A stretch of 53,163 bases of DNA from assembly GCA_023334545.1 (NCBI GenBank), contig JAADVB010000122.1, forward strand, positions 1 to 53,163. Reading direction: 5' to 3'. The DNA is from Salisapilia sapeloensis CBS 127946 (taxonomy: Eukaryota > Protista > Oomycota). Numbering within the stretch: position 1 is the first letter of the stretch; every line of letters begins with the position of its first letter. Of this stretch, positions 30,095 through 40,517 are shown piece after piece. Under the pieces are notes generated by a model. It saw nothing but the letters and a program-made list of their open reading frames with translations, searched no databases and was not told the DNA's origin. The translations under genes were made by a program, and so were the position numbers.

Positions 30095-31370
30095 TTATCC
30101 AAACATGTTGGCTGCGTCCCAAAATTCCCAGAACTCATCTTCGACGCGACGCAAGTCGACGTCATCGAGACCGTCCAAGAACCCGAGTTCCCGGCAGAAG
30201 ACACTGTCTTCCACAACGTAGTCGATGTGGTCGTTATGTCGAACAGCCAAGTGCCCACAGTTTGGATTATGACTTACATCCTTTTCACATTGCTTCTCCT
30301 CCGTTGACGTCTTGCCAATGTGTTTGACACTGTTGTCTTGACACACGAGATGGTCACGTACGACATAGTCTCGATGATCGCCATGCATGATGGATAAGTG
30401 ACCACACGCGGGATTCCGGTCGTGCATGTCGTACTTGTGCAGACCTTTGGTGTCCAGACTGGGACAATTACTGGACGTGCAAATGCTTTCACTAGCTTCC
30501 ATCAAGTCCATGCCTTTGCTCTTACTGTGTGTTTCAGAAGTGGCTTTTGATGGGGTCATCATCGGGTCGAACGGAAGAGTAGATTGCATCGAAGGATGCC
30601 TATGGAAAGCTTCCGAAACGATCGTGTTCGTATCTTCAGAAGTCAAAGTCGATGTGTCTTGGCGACATGGGAGAGATAGAGGGGGAGCGGAGGAAAGCTC
30701 CGTCTCCAATCGCATGGTTGCGAAGCAGTGAGGTGGTGAATGGATGTGGTCTTCCGTGCAGATGAGCTGTCCGAGAGATGGGACAGTAACTACATGACCA
30801 TCGTCCGATTCGGACGAGGTACAGGAGCAGTTTTTACGACATTTCGTCTTGCGACTCGGATCATGCGTCTTCATGTGTTTCCGCAAATCGAACTTACGAG
30901 CGAATCGCCAGTCGCAGCCAGGATGCTCACACTTGTACGGTTTCAGCCCTCTATCGATTGTATAGGCATTAGTCGATAAGAAAAGATATAGAAACTTGGC
31001 GAATGGAAACCTACTGATGGATACGTTCGTGGGTGATCAAATCGGACTTGCGTGCAAATCGACGACCGCAGTTTGGATGAGAGCAAGTAAAAGGCTTCTC
31101 ACCAGTGTGCATTCGCATATGTACTTTCAAGTCCGCTTTGCGTAGAAACGTCTTGCCACATTCCTCACACGAGACTTCGAACTTGCGACTATGTGTGTTC
31201 TCGTGACGATTCCGATTGCCCTTTTGCTTAAACGTACGTCCGCATCCGTGGAATCGGCATTGGAAAAGCGATTCCGTCATGGTGTCAGCATGACTTGGTG
31301 GACACTTGGAAGTCCTCTTTTTGGACTTTTTGTCCTTGGCAACTGCGTTTGACATGGCGTTTAGTGGCAT
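30095..31370 (-). CDS. Four-finger C2H2 zinc-finger protein with two C-terminal CGH..H.DH.DY His/Cys repeats, 2 exons, about 403 aa
   Basis: Intron 30951-31014 joins ORFs 31011-31400 and 30095-30886 and restores finger 4 (YKCEHPGCDWRFARKFDLRKHMKTH). HTGEKPF linker present. The start codon is uncertain. Confidence 0.85.
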
Positions 31371-31888
31371 CGAGGGAGCTTTTAGTGGTGCCGTGACCAA
31401 GGAATACTGCGAAGTGGATGTCGAAAACTTTGTGGTCCAAAAAATACATCAATTTCGTCGTCGGAAATGGTTGTTTGTGACAAAGAGTGATAAATGGTTT
31501 GAGTACATTTAAACTCCGGTCGAGACCGATGACAGTGGGTTTGAGTAGTCTTCAGGTTGTTGCGGTTCTTGGATCGATACTTGCAAGTATTATACTTGTC
31601 CAGGTAAGCTTCTTTGCACGAGGTAGCGAGCAAAGAATCTTCATTTTTAAGCTTTCTTACTAGATACAGAAGATGTGGACTCTTGTGTTGAGTGCTGGCT
31701 GGGACGATTGAGTCTGTCATTATCACTTAATATAGCGTTGTAGTTCCGCATAACACCACGGCTCGTTTTTTTAAATTTCTACAGAGACCTTATCTTAGTA
31801 CATGATATCCTGGCCCATATACGTTAACAAGCGTCACGCCATGTAGAATAATACCAATTGCAAAGGAATCGAGCTAAAACGTCCGTGG

Positions 31889-32390
31889 CTATGCTTCCTT
31901 GCCAACACGGGATGTAAGTAGGATGCCAGCACTGACACCGAAGAACTTGTTTCGGTCACCCCGATAGGCTAGATGTACTTTGTTATGTTCAAAGTTGTAT
32001 AGTGAAGAACAAAAAGCTTCGATATCTGCTTGGATAGTCGAGTCGAACTTGTCAGCCTCTTCTATTATGATGACATCTGGACGGACGGAGCCACCCATTC
32101 CGTGTCAAGCGCATAGCCGCTTGAATATATATGTCGGTTTAAAGCCGTGAGCATTCCGCACTAGAACAGGAATCTCTTCTTTTCCCGACAACTCTTTAAA
32201 GAAGATTGCGGCGAAACGAAGAGCATCTTGCTTAGTTAGGACTGATGAGGCATTGCTTGTTAATGCGACGGAGAATTCACATGTGAATATGTATTGCTGT
32301 CTTGGGAAAGTAGGTGCTGACCAAGGATTCTTTCTTTTTGTTCTACTTGTGGAAACCTAGCATTTCAATGTCGTCATTACTGAAGATTGG
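31889..32390 (-). pseudogene. Degraded coding relic with a Walker-B-like motif (VIIIEEAD)
   Basis: The reading frame extends well upstream of the 69-aa ORF through an in-frame TGA (..FKELSGKEEIPVLVRNAHGFKPTYIFKRLCA*HGMGGSVRPDVIIIEEADK..). More stops lie further upstream and downstream. Confidence 0.35.
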
Positions 32391-32778
32391 AGTGAGAGGT
32401 GTATTATCTTTTGACTATAGGTACGCAGTATGGTTGACATACAGGCCGATTGACACAAGATAAAAACAAAATATATACATCGTTTACTCTATCTTTTCAG
32501 CATGTCTTCCTTGCATCAGGCTACTTGATCTTAATCTGAACAGTTCCGAAGTCAGAAGCTCACACCTTCCTGGCTCAGATCCTCTTCATCTTTAATGGCA
32601 AATTCCTCTACGCATCCTTTTAATTGTGTATCGACTTTAAGATTTTGACACGTCGCAGTCATCCAGCCTAGATGAATCCTCTCACTTCAATCACATTTGA
32701 AATCCACAGTTGGCATGTAGAGTTTGTGTTTTAAACGTGTTTAGAAAACAGGCGAACATATCCACCTCATTAAGCCTG

Positions 32779-33513
32779 ATGCCATCCGAGAGCTCGAGTT
32801 CGCGCTATGAAGTACCGAATGGAGACATTTGTGCTTATTTAAAAGGCTACTGGAAACGGAATTTAGAATGGAGGCATTTTGGTGGTAGTTTCAAGCACTT
32901 GCGGACGAGTAATAACATCGTATACATTGAGGAGGATGAATCGGCCGCTCGACAGCCAAATACGACGTACACTTTACTTGCATATAAGATGTATTCAAGA
33001 CTGCTTACTTTGACATGTAGATTCCTACAATGGTCTTTTGGTCGATCGATACAGCCACAAGAGCTGTCGAGTGCATATACCATCCAGGTACTTGTTTTAT
33101 CATTTAACTTGGAAATTGTATAATCAATCCTCCTACCGCTAGTTCATTCCGGACGCACAAGGCACCTTTATGGAGTGGAGCTTTGAAGGTGTGACTTGCC
33201 ATGGTGTATTCAAACCCACGACTGGAGTAGCAGTCCTGAATTTCGCCTTGAAAGAGTCCATGGTCACCATCACCTACCGTGCTGTCGACGCCAATAGTAC
33301 ATGTTCATCTCATAGTCGTATCATCTATCTACTAATCCTGTCTCTAGCCATGTCGGTATGTATCGTTGACGTCGATGGCGATCATACACCTTCCATCCAA
33401 TATGGAAATATGTATGTACTTTTATAGTTCTACCAGTTTTCCTGTATTGACATCTTCCAATACATAGGTATCGGATCGATCCTTCCAAGTACAATCGGGA
33501 CGTGGAGGAGTAG
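32779..33513 (+). CDS. Hypothetical beta-rich protein, 5 exons, 172 aa
   Basis: Introns 32967-33020, 33088-33142, 33297-33347 and 33412-33467 are all GT-AG and phase-consistent. Product: MPSESSSSRYEVPNGDICAYLKGYWKRNLEWRHFGG...QYGNMYRIDPSKYNRDVEE. Confidence 0.75.
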
Positions 33514-33548
33514 GAAAGAAAATCACGTTTCGTCACTTTTTCTTGACT

Positions 33549-34340
33549 CTACGACAGTAATCCCTGTTCTTCTTCGTCACTGCTGTCATCTCTCTTTTTC
33601 CCACGCAGTTTCTTCAATCGTTTCGCCGTCTCAGACGACTCATCTACTGTCGCATACGTCGGACCAGCAAGCATAAGTCGCGATAAACACGGAACGAGGA
33701 ATTCACATCGACAGCAACAACGATACACCCAACTCTCTCTATCCTCTTTTTCTATAATGAGCCTCGGAGGCTCGAACTCTTCCAAGAGCTCAGAGACTTC
33801 CACTTTGGCTTTTAAACGAGGCTCGTAAAGCATATCTCGAACGTCGTCGATCATGACTGGCGTTGAGTAAATATCGATCGTCCAGCGTACGATCGGTCGA
33901 GTGTCTCCGGCACCATATAGTTCGGTATATAAAGCGTAGACTTGAGGTGTGACGCCTCGATAATCTCTTGTGGCGACGAGATCGGGTCGGACGCAGAACT
34001 CGATCGGGTCGAAGAGTGTAAAGTTAGTCAATGGACCTGGCTTAGGAGTGGATGGTTCACCGTCCTTGGTGTCCATGACGTATTCCATCCATTTATTCAG
34101 CCACGAGGTTTCAACGAGAAACCAAGCTTGTCCTCCATGGAGTTTTTCAGAGTCATATTGGAGAATGAGGTCTCGTTCCTCTCGTCGACGCTCTGCTTCT
34201 CGAGTGTTTGGGATGGATGAGATGGAGGAAGAGGTCTCTGTGCCTTCTATAGTTCCTGACTCTAAGGAATATGCGTCTTCATGCTCGATGGCAGTGCCCT
34301 CATCGACGGAAGCGAGCTCTGTACCCGAAAGTTGGCGCAT
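33549..34340 (-). CDS. Stand-alone DUSP-domain protein, 263 aa
   Basis: WFLVETSWLNKWMEYV...PGPLTNFTLF...RPDLVATRDYRGV..VY....ELYG matches the DUSP domain of ubiquitin-specific proteases. No USP catalytic Cys/His boxes are visible. Confidence 0.75.
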   Translation of the reverse strand: MRQLSGTELASVDEGTAIEHEDAYSLESGTIEGTETSSSISSIPNTREAERRREERDLILQYDSEKLHGGQAWFLVETSWLNKWMEYVMDTKDGEPSTPKPGPLTNFTLFDPIEFCVRPDLVATRDYRGVTPQVYALYTELYGAGDTRPIVRWTIDIYSTPVMIDDVRDMLYEPRLKAKVEVSELLEEFEPPRLIIEKEDRESWVYRCCCRCEFLVPCLSRLMLAGPTYATVDESSETAKRLKKLRGKKRDDSSDEEEQGLLS

Positions 34341-35501
34341 TTGGCTAAATTGCGATTTATTGTGTGTTATATTGAAGAATGTGATTGGTGCATAATCGAC
34401 AATTTTGTCAAATCAGAAAATGGTTGGTGGCGGGAAGGTTGAAGCGATGATTCTTGGCGATGCAATTACCACGGCGCTGTGTTGACATGATACTTTGGAT
34501 TAAAAGAAGTATCAAGCCTACACCAGAGTTCCCTAGTCCGATATACATGCACAAAGCGATATAGTGACTAGGCTTTAAAGGTATCGACTTTGTTGTGAAA
34601 CTTCATCCCATCTCGCTATAAAAGCTTCCATCTTCGTTACACAAAATAGCACTGACGGAAGCGCTTAATCTTTTCCTGTGTCAAATTTACAATACCATAG
34701 CTGTAATCGTCTATAGTAAGCGTGCCAAGCTCAAGATTTAACTATCCTAGCGTCCGTGTACTTCTGCTTGATTGCAAATAGCTAGCTGACCAGCTGCCTC
34801 GATGTTTATATGGCCATCAGTCACGCATGCAAGTAAAAACCCAAGAAAGGGTAGTATTGAGCTTAGTGCTCTGTTGATAGCATACACAGCAATACGCTCC
34901 ATGTCCAGTATAGTAGGCATCCAATTTGAGATAGCTGGGCACCAATTCTAGGTTACTACAATCGACAAGTACGAGGTGTAGCTGATCGCAAGATGTCTAC
35001 TCGACATCTGACAATTGAATGGCGCGCACACTAACGCTGGCGATAGAACACGCAAGCGTTGAATAGATGACCAACTTGGCGAAAAACAGACATTCGTTCA
35101 AGATTGAGTGTCGTTAAGCGCATATACATTGCTTTACAAGTACTGGATACTGACCAATCATCTTGCGTCCCCCGTCTCTTCGTTTCAATCTATGCTTGGT
35201 GTGCATGACCCTTTGCTCATTCCTGTAGGCGCAACTGAGGGAGATGTAACCAGTTGTCTCAAATCAAATCGTCGGAGCTTTCCGTGCGGTCATCGCAAGA
35301 CGATTATGGCAGGGAATGATCTACTGCACCCAGCTGGAATGGAAATGAACAAATGGGAGTAGTAGAGCCAGCGCTCATGTAGTTCGAATCGTTTGTTCTC
35401 TGTTCAACCAATCTTCGCATAATCAAATATCGATTTCTTGTCGAAAGCCCAAGTGACTACCTCGACGAAGCATCCAACAACATTGCCGTAACTACGTGAC
35501 C

Positions 35502-36816
35502 ATGGTGTCGACGCAACCTTTTCGTCCAATCCGTCCAAAGAGGCATGACCAACAAGAGCCTGAGCATAGTACACTTGGGTATGAAAGACTTTCGTCGGAA
35601 GTCGAGAAGCAACGTACGAGACGGGCTCGTCGGTCTGAAATTGAAAAGAAGTCTCGACAGCGACATCAGGTATGATGACCTTTAAACGGTGAATCATCCA
35701 TCGACATAGCTATACAACTATCCGAGTTGCTAAGTTTCCCATGTACGACGTGATCTTGTCATGTAGGGATCTATACAAAGCATGCGGAAGCAATTGAGTG
35801 ATCTTGAGACGAAGTATGATCAATTGACAGGCGAGACCAATTGTCAGGAAAGCGTTGGCATGTGGGGCGAATCAAAAGAATTGTCTTCATCCTGTCCAAC
35901 ATCTCGACTTAAAGCCAAGTACTTTCATGCAGCTCGTATCGCGAATGAGCTTCGGCAGGAGCAGCATCAGCTCCGAACGATGATACATGAAAAGCAGCTC
36001 TTTAGTGACAGTATGAAGACATTTGATATGGAGCGCAGGATGGAAGGAGATAGGCTGTGGCAAGGTTCTGGCGCGGCATTGTTCACCAAATGGAAGGAAG
36101 AAGATGTGTTTGCCTATATGCGTGAAACGTACAAAGTAGTCACGGACTTTGACATGGGGACGGACTTCCAGACATCTGGTGTCCAGCTCTTTGGATGGAC
36201 AGATAAACGCAAGTTGGATCGTGACAATGCGTCACTGCAATTCCAATTTTCAAAGCAATTTCCACGTCTTACGGCAGAGAAGTTGATGCTTCAGTCGTGG
36301 AATATGTACCGAGATGAATACATTATGCAGCGTCACATCTTTTCATCTAGCGTCGAGATCAAAATGCAGGTGCTACAGGAAATTAATGATGATGTCTGTA
36401 TCGTACGTCGACAGACATGGTACGTTGCGATGAACAAGCGTTTTCAGACTGTTTATCTTCTCTATCGTATCCAGAAAGGAGACGGCTATGTGATTTGTTT
36501 CCGATCGATCCCAGCACCTGGTCTACAAGCTCAATCAGACAATGATGTTACTTGGATTGATCTCTTCCACTGGTACAGCGTTCTCTTTATAAGGTCCATT
36601 TGTATTTCTTGTATGAACTGTATGTGCATGTAACATAGGAATCACTACCAGCGTGCTCGTGATGAGAATGGAAACGTCGTTGGGTGTGAGATTGGTTATG
36701 GTGGCTCTCTCAACTCGAACGCAAACACATTTGCTTCGTTTTGGATGATAGAGATGATCAACACAGTGATGCGATGGGAAACCTATGCTGTTGGTCCGCT
36801 CTTTATAGCTACATAA
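35502..36816 (+). CDS. bZIP-like plus START-like protein (oomycete M96-like family), 3 exons, 383 aa
   Basis: Exon 1 (missed by the track) carries the basic region RTRRARRSEIEKKSRQRHQ. Intron 35670-35766 leads into the heptad MRKQLSDLETKYDQL. START-like FGWTDKR..LQFQFSKQF. Intron 36573-36638, then the C-terminal MRWE..AVGP family motif. Confidence 0.8.
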
Positions 36817-36880
36817 GACATCATTGCATTTACAATATACGAAGAAACAGCTACACACGATCTATTCACACTTTTACTTG

Positions 36881-39800
36881 TCATTTCTGAGGTTCCCAAA
36901 AGTTTCGATTGTCTTTAACGTGCGAGTTGAAAAACTTTTCGACTCGATTTGGAAGGGATAGGTATGGATCTGGAAACTTGTGGCATGCAAGTGCGACGAG
37001 TGCTTCTTCAAACTGCTCGAACGTCATCTCCATGTCTATTGGTGGCATGTCCAAACTGGAACTCGAACTACCGAGTGTATCGGAAGTAACAACTTTCTGG
37101 ACTATTGCTAGTACCTTTTCATTCGTCAATGCCAAGTCTTGAATGTTTTGATCGACAACGAGTTGGCTGAACATGGATCCAGATAGTTTTGGTCGACTAT
37201 GGGGTTTCTTAATACTGTCCGTTGCATATCGATCGAACAAGATTCGACAATCACCATTAAAGCGAACGAGTAGCCGACGAACTTTAGGATCTTCAAGCTG
37301 CTTCTTGAACAGATCGATATCACCTCGATGGGCGTATGGCTGAATAAAGTTTTCAACAAGTAGACAGAAGGTCTCGGACAACGAAAATCTGTTTCCATCG
37401 ATCGGGTACTTGCGTCTCGCAACTCGAATAAGTAGCTCGATGTATTCGGCAGGTGTCAATGCCCGGTTTTCTCGGTTCGCAGAATGTCTCGGGTCCATAC
37501 CTTTCATAATCTCATGCACTTCCGCTGTACTGACACCATTGTCCGTGACACGGCAGTCTCTTATTAGCTGACAAAACTCACCGATGGTGAGAAACTCTGG
37601 ATTTGTGTTATTATTAATGACATGCCGTCGCTTCTTTCCTTCTGCCTTGCCCCCACCTTCGTTTTCCATTCCCGTGGCGGTCTTTTTTGCTTGCCTGCCC
37701 GTTTGCTTGCTATAAAACCGATAGGTTCGAGCTAGGTCGAGGTAGCAATTCGATAAGAAACTCTGGAGCAACTTTAATTCCCAATTGACATCTTCGTATG
37801 ACATGATCAAATCCGTAAGCTTTTTGCCTGGCAACTTGGCAAAACTTTCTGTGTTCACTCCATTGCTCATAGCCTTTTGATGCAAGGTAGACATGATGCC
37901 AGGTTTTCCTTTCGCCATCTTACTCATGGATGCAAAGCACTTGCGCAGGATAATACGCATGGATTGCCACCACACAATATGATTTTCCATTGATTGAGCA
38001 TCAACAATATCGAGCTCTCGCTTTATCTCCATCGTTTGTGAAAAAACTAATTTCATCTTGGCGCTAGCTGAGTGCTCTACATTTATAGCTGCGATCGTAC
38101 CTACTGGTGGTTTGTTTGATGCCTTATTTAAGGTTTCTCGAAGTGTCTTCCACTTCATTTTCACTGCTTCAAGCCGAACTTGAATTTCATTAAGCTGTCG
38201 AGATGTTTGGTCTTCTCTACATGGTGAGAACGTTGCGAAAAGATAGCTAAGGGCTGCAAAATTTGCTTCCGCATCACCAGCGACAACGTCCTTCGATTGA
38301 ATGAGACCTACTGGTAACCACATCGCTTGACCAATCGTATTGAGCATGAGCTCCAGTTTATTTTCTGGTGGAGAATCCATTTTCATACGCTCCAGATAGC
38401 GATCCATACCGATTTCGGTGAGCTCTTCACCATTTTCACGTAACACGGAAGCTACTTCCAGCCTTGACTGCGCCATGCCTGTTGCTGTACTAGGTCGAAT
38501 CGATTTAATCCGCGTCATAGCATGATGCAAACTTTTCGTAAGCGCAATATAGACTTTGCCATCCGCAAAGCTAGAATCAAAGTCGGTGATCCGTGGTGCA
38601 CCAAGCCATGCCGGCTGATGATGTTGCACAAGTTCATTCACCCAGTGCATGAGTATTTGCTCCGCTCTGTCGACTGGTGTTTCATGAGAAGAAAAGAAAG
38701 AGTTAGGCTTTGTATTTCGAGCTGTAGGTGATGCATTTGTAGATAGCATAACGTCGGTGTTGGAAGTGTACAGTATGGGGTTTTCTGGATTTTCGATTGC
38801 CTCCTGAAGGTCCTGTGAGAACACAGTTGACGGTGTAAATCCAAGACTTTGTCGGCCATAACTAGTGGATAGCTGTTCCAATTGATTGTCCATTCCCTGC
38901 AAGATCGTGTTGGACATTAGGATTGACAAGTGTTTATAGTTTGTCACGTCATTTTGCAATGATTCCAAGTATCTCGGATCAACGGCTTGCGTTTGGAGAA
39001 AACTTATCTTGCGTTCCATGTCATGCATCCTATTTCTAAGTTCACCCATCTCTTCGTTCTTCTTTTCCAACAAGATTTTCGATGCCACTAACTGCTTTCG
39101 CAGATTCTGTATTTCATCTTCATGTACTGCATCATGGATATTTGTAGCAGCTCGTATATCAAAGACGTCTCCTTGCATTTGCAGTAACTCGTCGTGCTGA
39201 TCCACTTTCTGTCGCTCTTGCTGTCGAGCATAATAGATCGCTCCAAGAGCTCTGCATTCATATATATACTTTTTCCAATCCATGAAAATGCGCAGCATAC
39301 GCTTCTGTCGTAAGGTGCGAATGGCAAATTGGCCTCTCGTTCGACTCGCGTCTGTGCTATACTTCCAGAAAGCAAATACCCATTGGATTACCATCGCTGT
39401 TGTCCTTTCCATTCCTCTCTTGGTCGCCCGTTGAAATAGTGTCTCAATCGAATTCGTTAATGTCCTCTTGTACCTCTCTCCATCGCGCTTGCGGAAGGAG
39501 GTCAAGCATGCCATGCACATTTCAGCATATGCCCCACATCCATGGCACCGTTGTATGTAGCGTTTATAAGGCGAAACGGCTTCATCATTTAATTGACCAG
39601 TAGCATCGTCTTTAAAAGCTTGTTTGGGTGAAGACGCAGTATCGTAGCAGTTGTCATGCTCTCGAAGTAGCTGTTGTATCGCATGGTTCGACTGGAGTAG
39701 TGTCGAGGCAGTGGATGGTCTTTTACTCAAGCTCAATGGTTCTGATAAGCAATTCGAGGTCGTTTGCAGACGTTGGAGTTTAGGTATGGCAGACGATCTA

Positions 39801-39901
39801 GGACGGAGATTAACAGGAGATCCGACTGCAGTCGCTTTGCGTCGTATGTATGAGTTTTCAGAAGGAGTGCCTTGCAGTGACGAGTTGTTCCTTGCAGACA
39901 T
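36881..39901 (-). CDS. Large coiled-coil protein with a calponin-homology domain and EF-hand-like C-terminal helices, 1006 aa
   Basis: EQILMHWVN...RITDFDSSFADGKVYIAL and DVVAGDAEANFAALSYLF are CH-like. Coiled coil at about aa 225-320. LTPAEYIELLIRVA and MTFEQFEEALVALAC are EF-like. Confidence 0.7.
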   Translation of the reverse strand: MSARNNSSLQGTPSENSYIRRKATAVGSPVNLRPRSSAIPKLQRLQTTSNCLSEPLSLSKRPSTASTLLQSNHAIQQLLREHDNCYDTASSPKQAFKDDATGQLNDEAVSPYKRYIQRCHGCGAYAEMCMACLTSFRKRDGERYKRTLTNSIETLFQRATKRGMERTTAMVIQWVFAFWKYSTDASRTRGQFAIRTLRQKRMLRIFMDWKKYIYECRALGAIYYARQQERQKVDQHDELLQMQGDVFDIRAATNIHDAVHEDEIQNLRKQLVASKILLEKKNEEMGELRNRMHDMERKISFLQTQAVDPRYLESLQNDVTNYKHLSILMSNTILQGMDNQLEQLSTSYGRQSLGFTPSTVFSQDLQEAIENPENPILYTSNTDVMLSTNASPTARNTKPNSFFSSHETPVDRAEQILMHWVNELVQHHQPAWLGAPRITDFDSSFADGKVYIALTKSLHHAMTRIKSIRPSTATGMAQSRLEVASVLRENGEELTEIGMDRYLERMKMDSPPENKLELMLNTIGQAMWLPVGLIQSKDVVAGDAEANFAALSYLFATFSPCREDQTSRQLNEIQVRLEAVKMKWKTLRETLNKASNKPPVGTIAAINVEHSASAKMKLVFSQTMEIKRELDIVDAQSMENHIVWWQSMRIILRKCFASMSKMAKGKPGIMSTLHQKAMSNGVNTESFAKLPGKKLTDLIMSYEDVNWELKLLQSFLSNCYLDLARTYRFYSKQTGRQAKKTATGMENEGGGKAEGKKRRHVINNNTNPEFLTIGEFCQLIRDCRVTDNGVSTAEVHEIMKGMDPRHSANRENRALTPAEYIELLIRVARRKYPIDGNRFSLSETFCLLVENFIQPYAHRGDIDLFKKQLEDPKVRRLLVRFNGDCRILFDRYATDSIKKPHSRPKLSGSMFSQLVVDQNIQDLALTNEKVLAIVQKVVTSDTLGSSSSSLDMPPIDMEMTFEQFEEALVALACHKFPDPYLSLPNRVEKFFNSHVKDNRNFWEPQK

Positions 39902-39983
39902 GCGACTTGGATGGAAAAGTAAAGTTTATTTTTATCTTGCACATAGATAATACAAAAGTATGATTGTAGAGAATAGAAAAAGT

Positions 39984-40517
39984 TTATAATTGTTGGAGTT
40001 TCGCTAGCTGCTCGATCGAGTCTAACACGACGTTCACATGATCCGAAACTTCCCGAGCTTTTCGCTGCCATTCATCCCGTTTCCTATGACATACCAGATT
40101 ATTCATACGTCCTGTGTAGATGTACCAAATAAAATCAAGCTTATACTTGGCAAGATGCTGTAGATGTTGGTGAACGAATGTAGTCGCTTCTGCGAGTGTC
40201 ATTTCGGCATGGAATTGCAAGCCGATGTCGACGATAATCATCGATGGGTTCGGCACTTTTGCTCGGACATGGAAGCGTTGTCCTAGATCCATCAATGTAT
40301 GCAGTGGCTGCACGTCATTGCCTTTCGATTGACTGGACTGAAGCTCCTGGACGAGCGTTTGGAGGTCTTCGTATTCAGAGATTTCTTGTAGAATTTCATC
40401 ACGCTTTTGCAATGTCTGCTTGAGCTGTGGCTTTAGTACTTCATCGGCAAACTTGGCGTATTTTTGCAGCGCTTCCTGCGTCGATTGTCCGTCCTGACCG
40501 GCACCGGATGACTGCAT
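39984..40517 (-). CDS. UXT: Prefoldin alpha-like subunit UXT, 2 exons, 156 aa
   Basis: YAKFADEVLKPQL..TL..RD; LHTLMDLGQRFHVRAKV; IIVDIGLQFHAEMTLAEA. Predicted 63-nt intron at 40084-40146. Confidence 0.85.
   Translation of the reverse strand: MQSSGAGQDGQSTQEALQKYAKFADEVLKPQLKQTLQKRDEILQEISEYEDLQTLVQELQSSQSKGNDVQPLHTLMDLGQRFHVRAKVPNPSMIIVDIGLQFHAEMTLAEATTFVHQHLQHLAKYKLDFIWYIYTGRMNNLVCHRKRDEWQRKAREVSDHVNVVLDSIEQLAKLQQL

Noticed and set aside
34400-35500. Intergenic stretch and short ORFs 35108-35362 and 35404-35697
   Set aside because: No coherent spliced model or motif was found. The minus ORF overlaps the real bZIP exon on the opposite strand.
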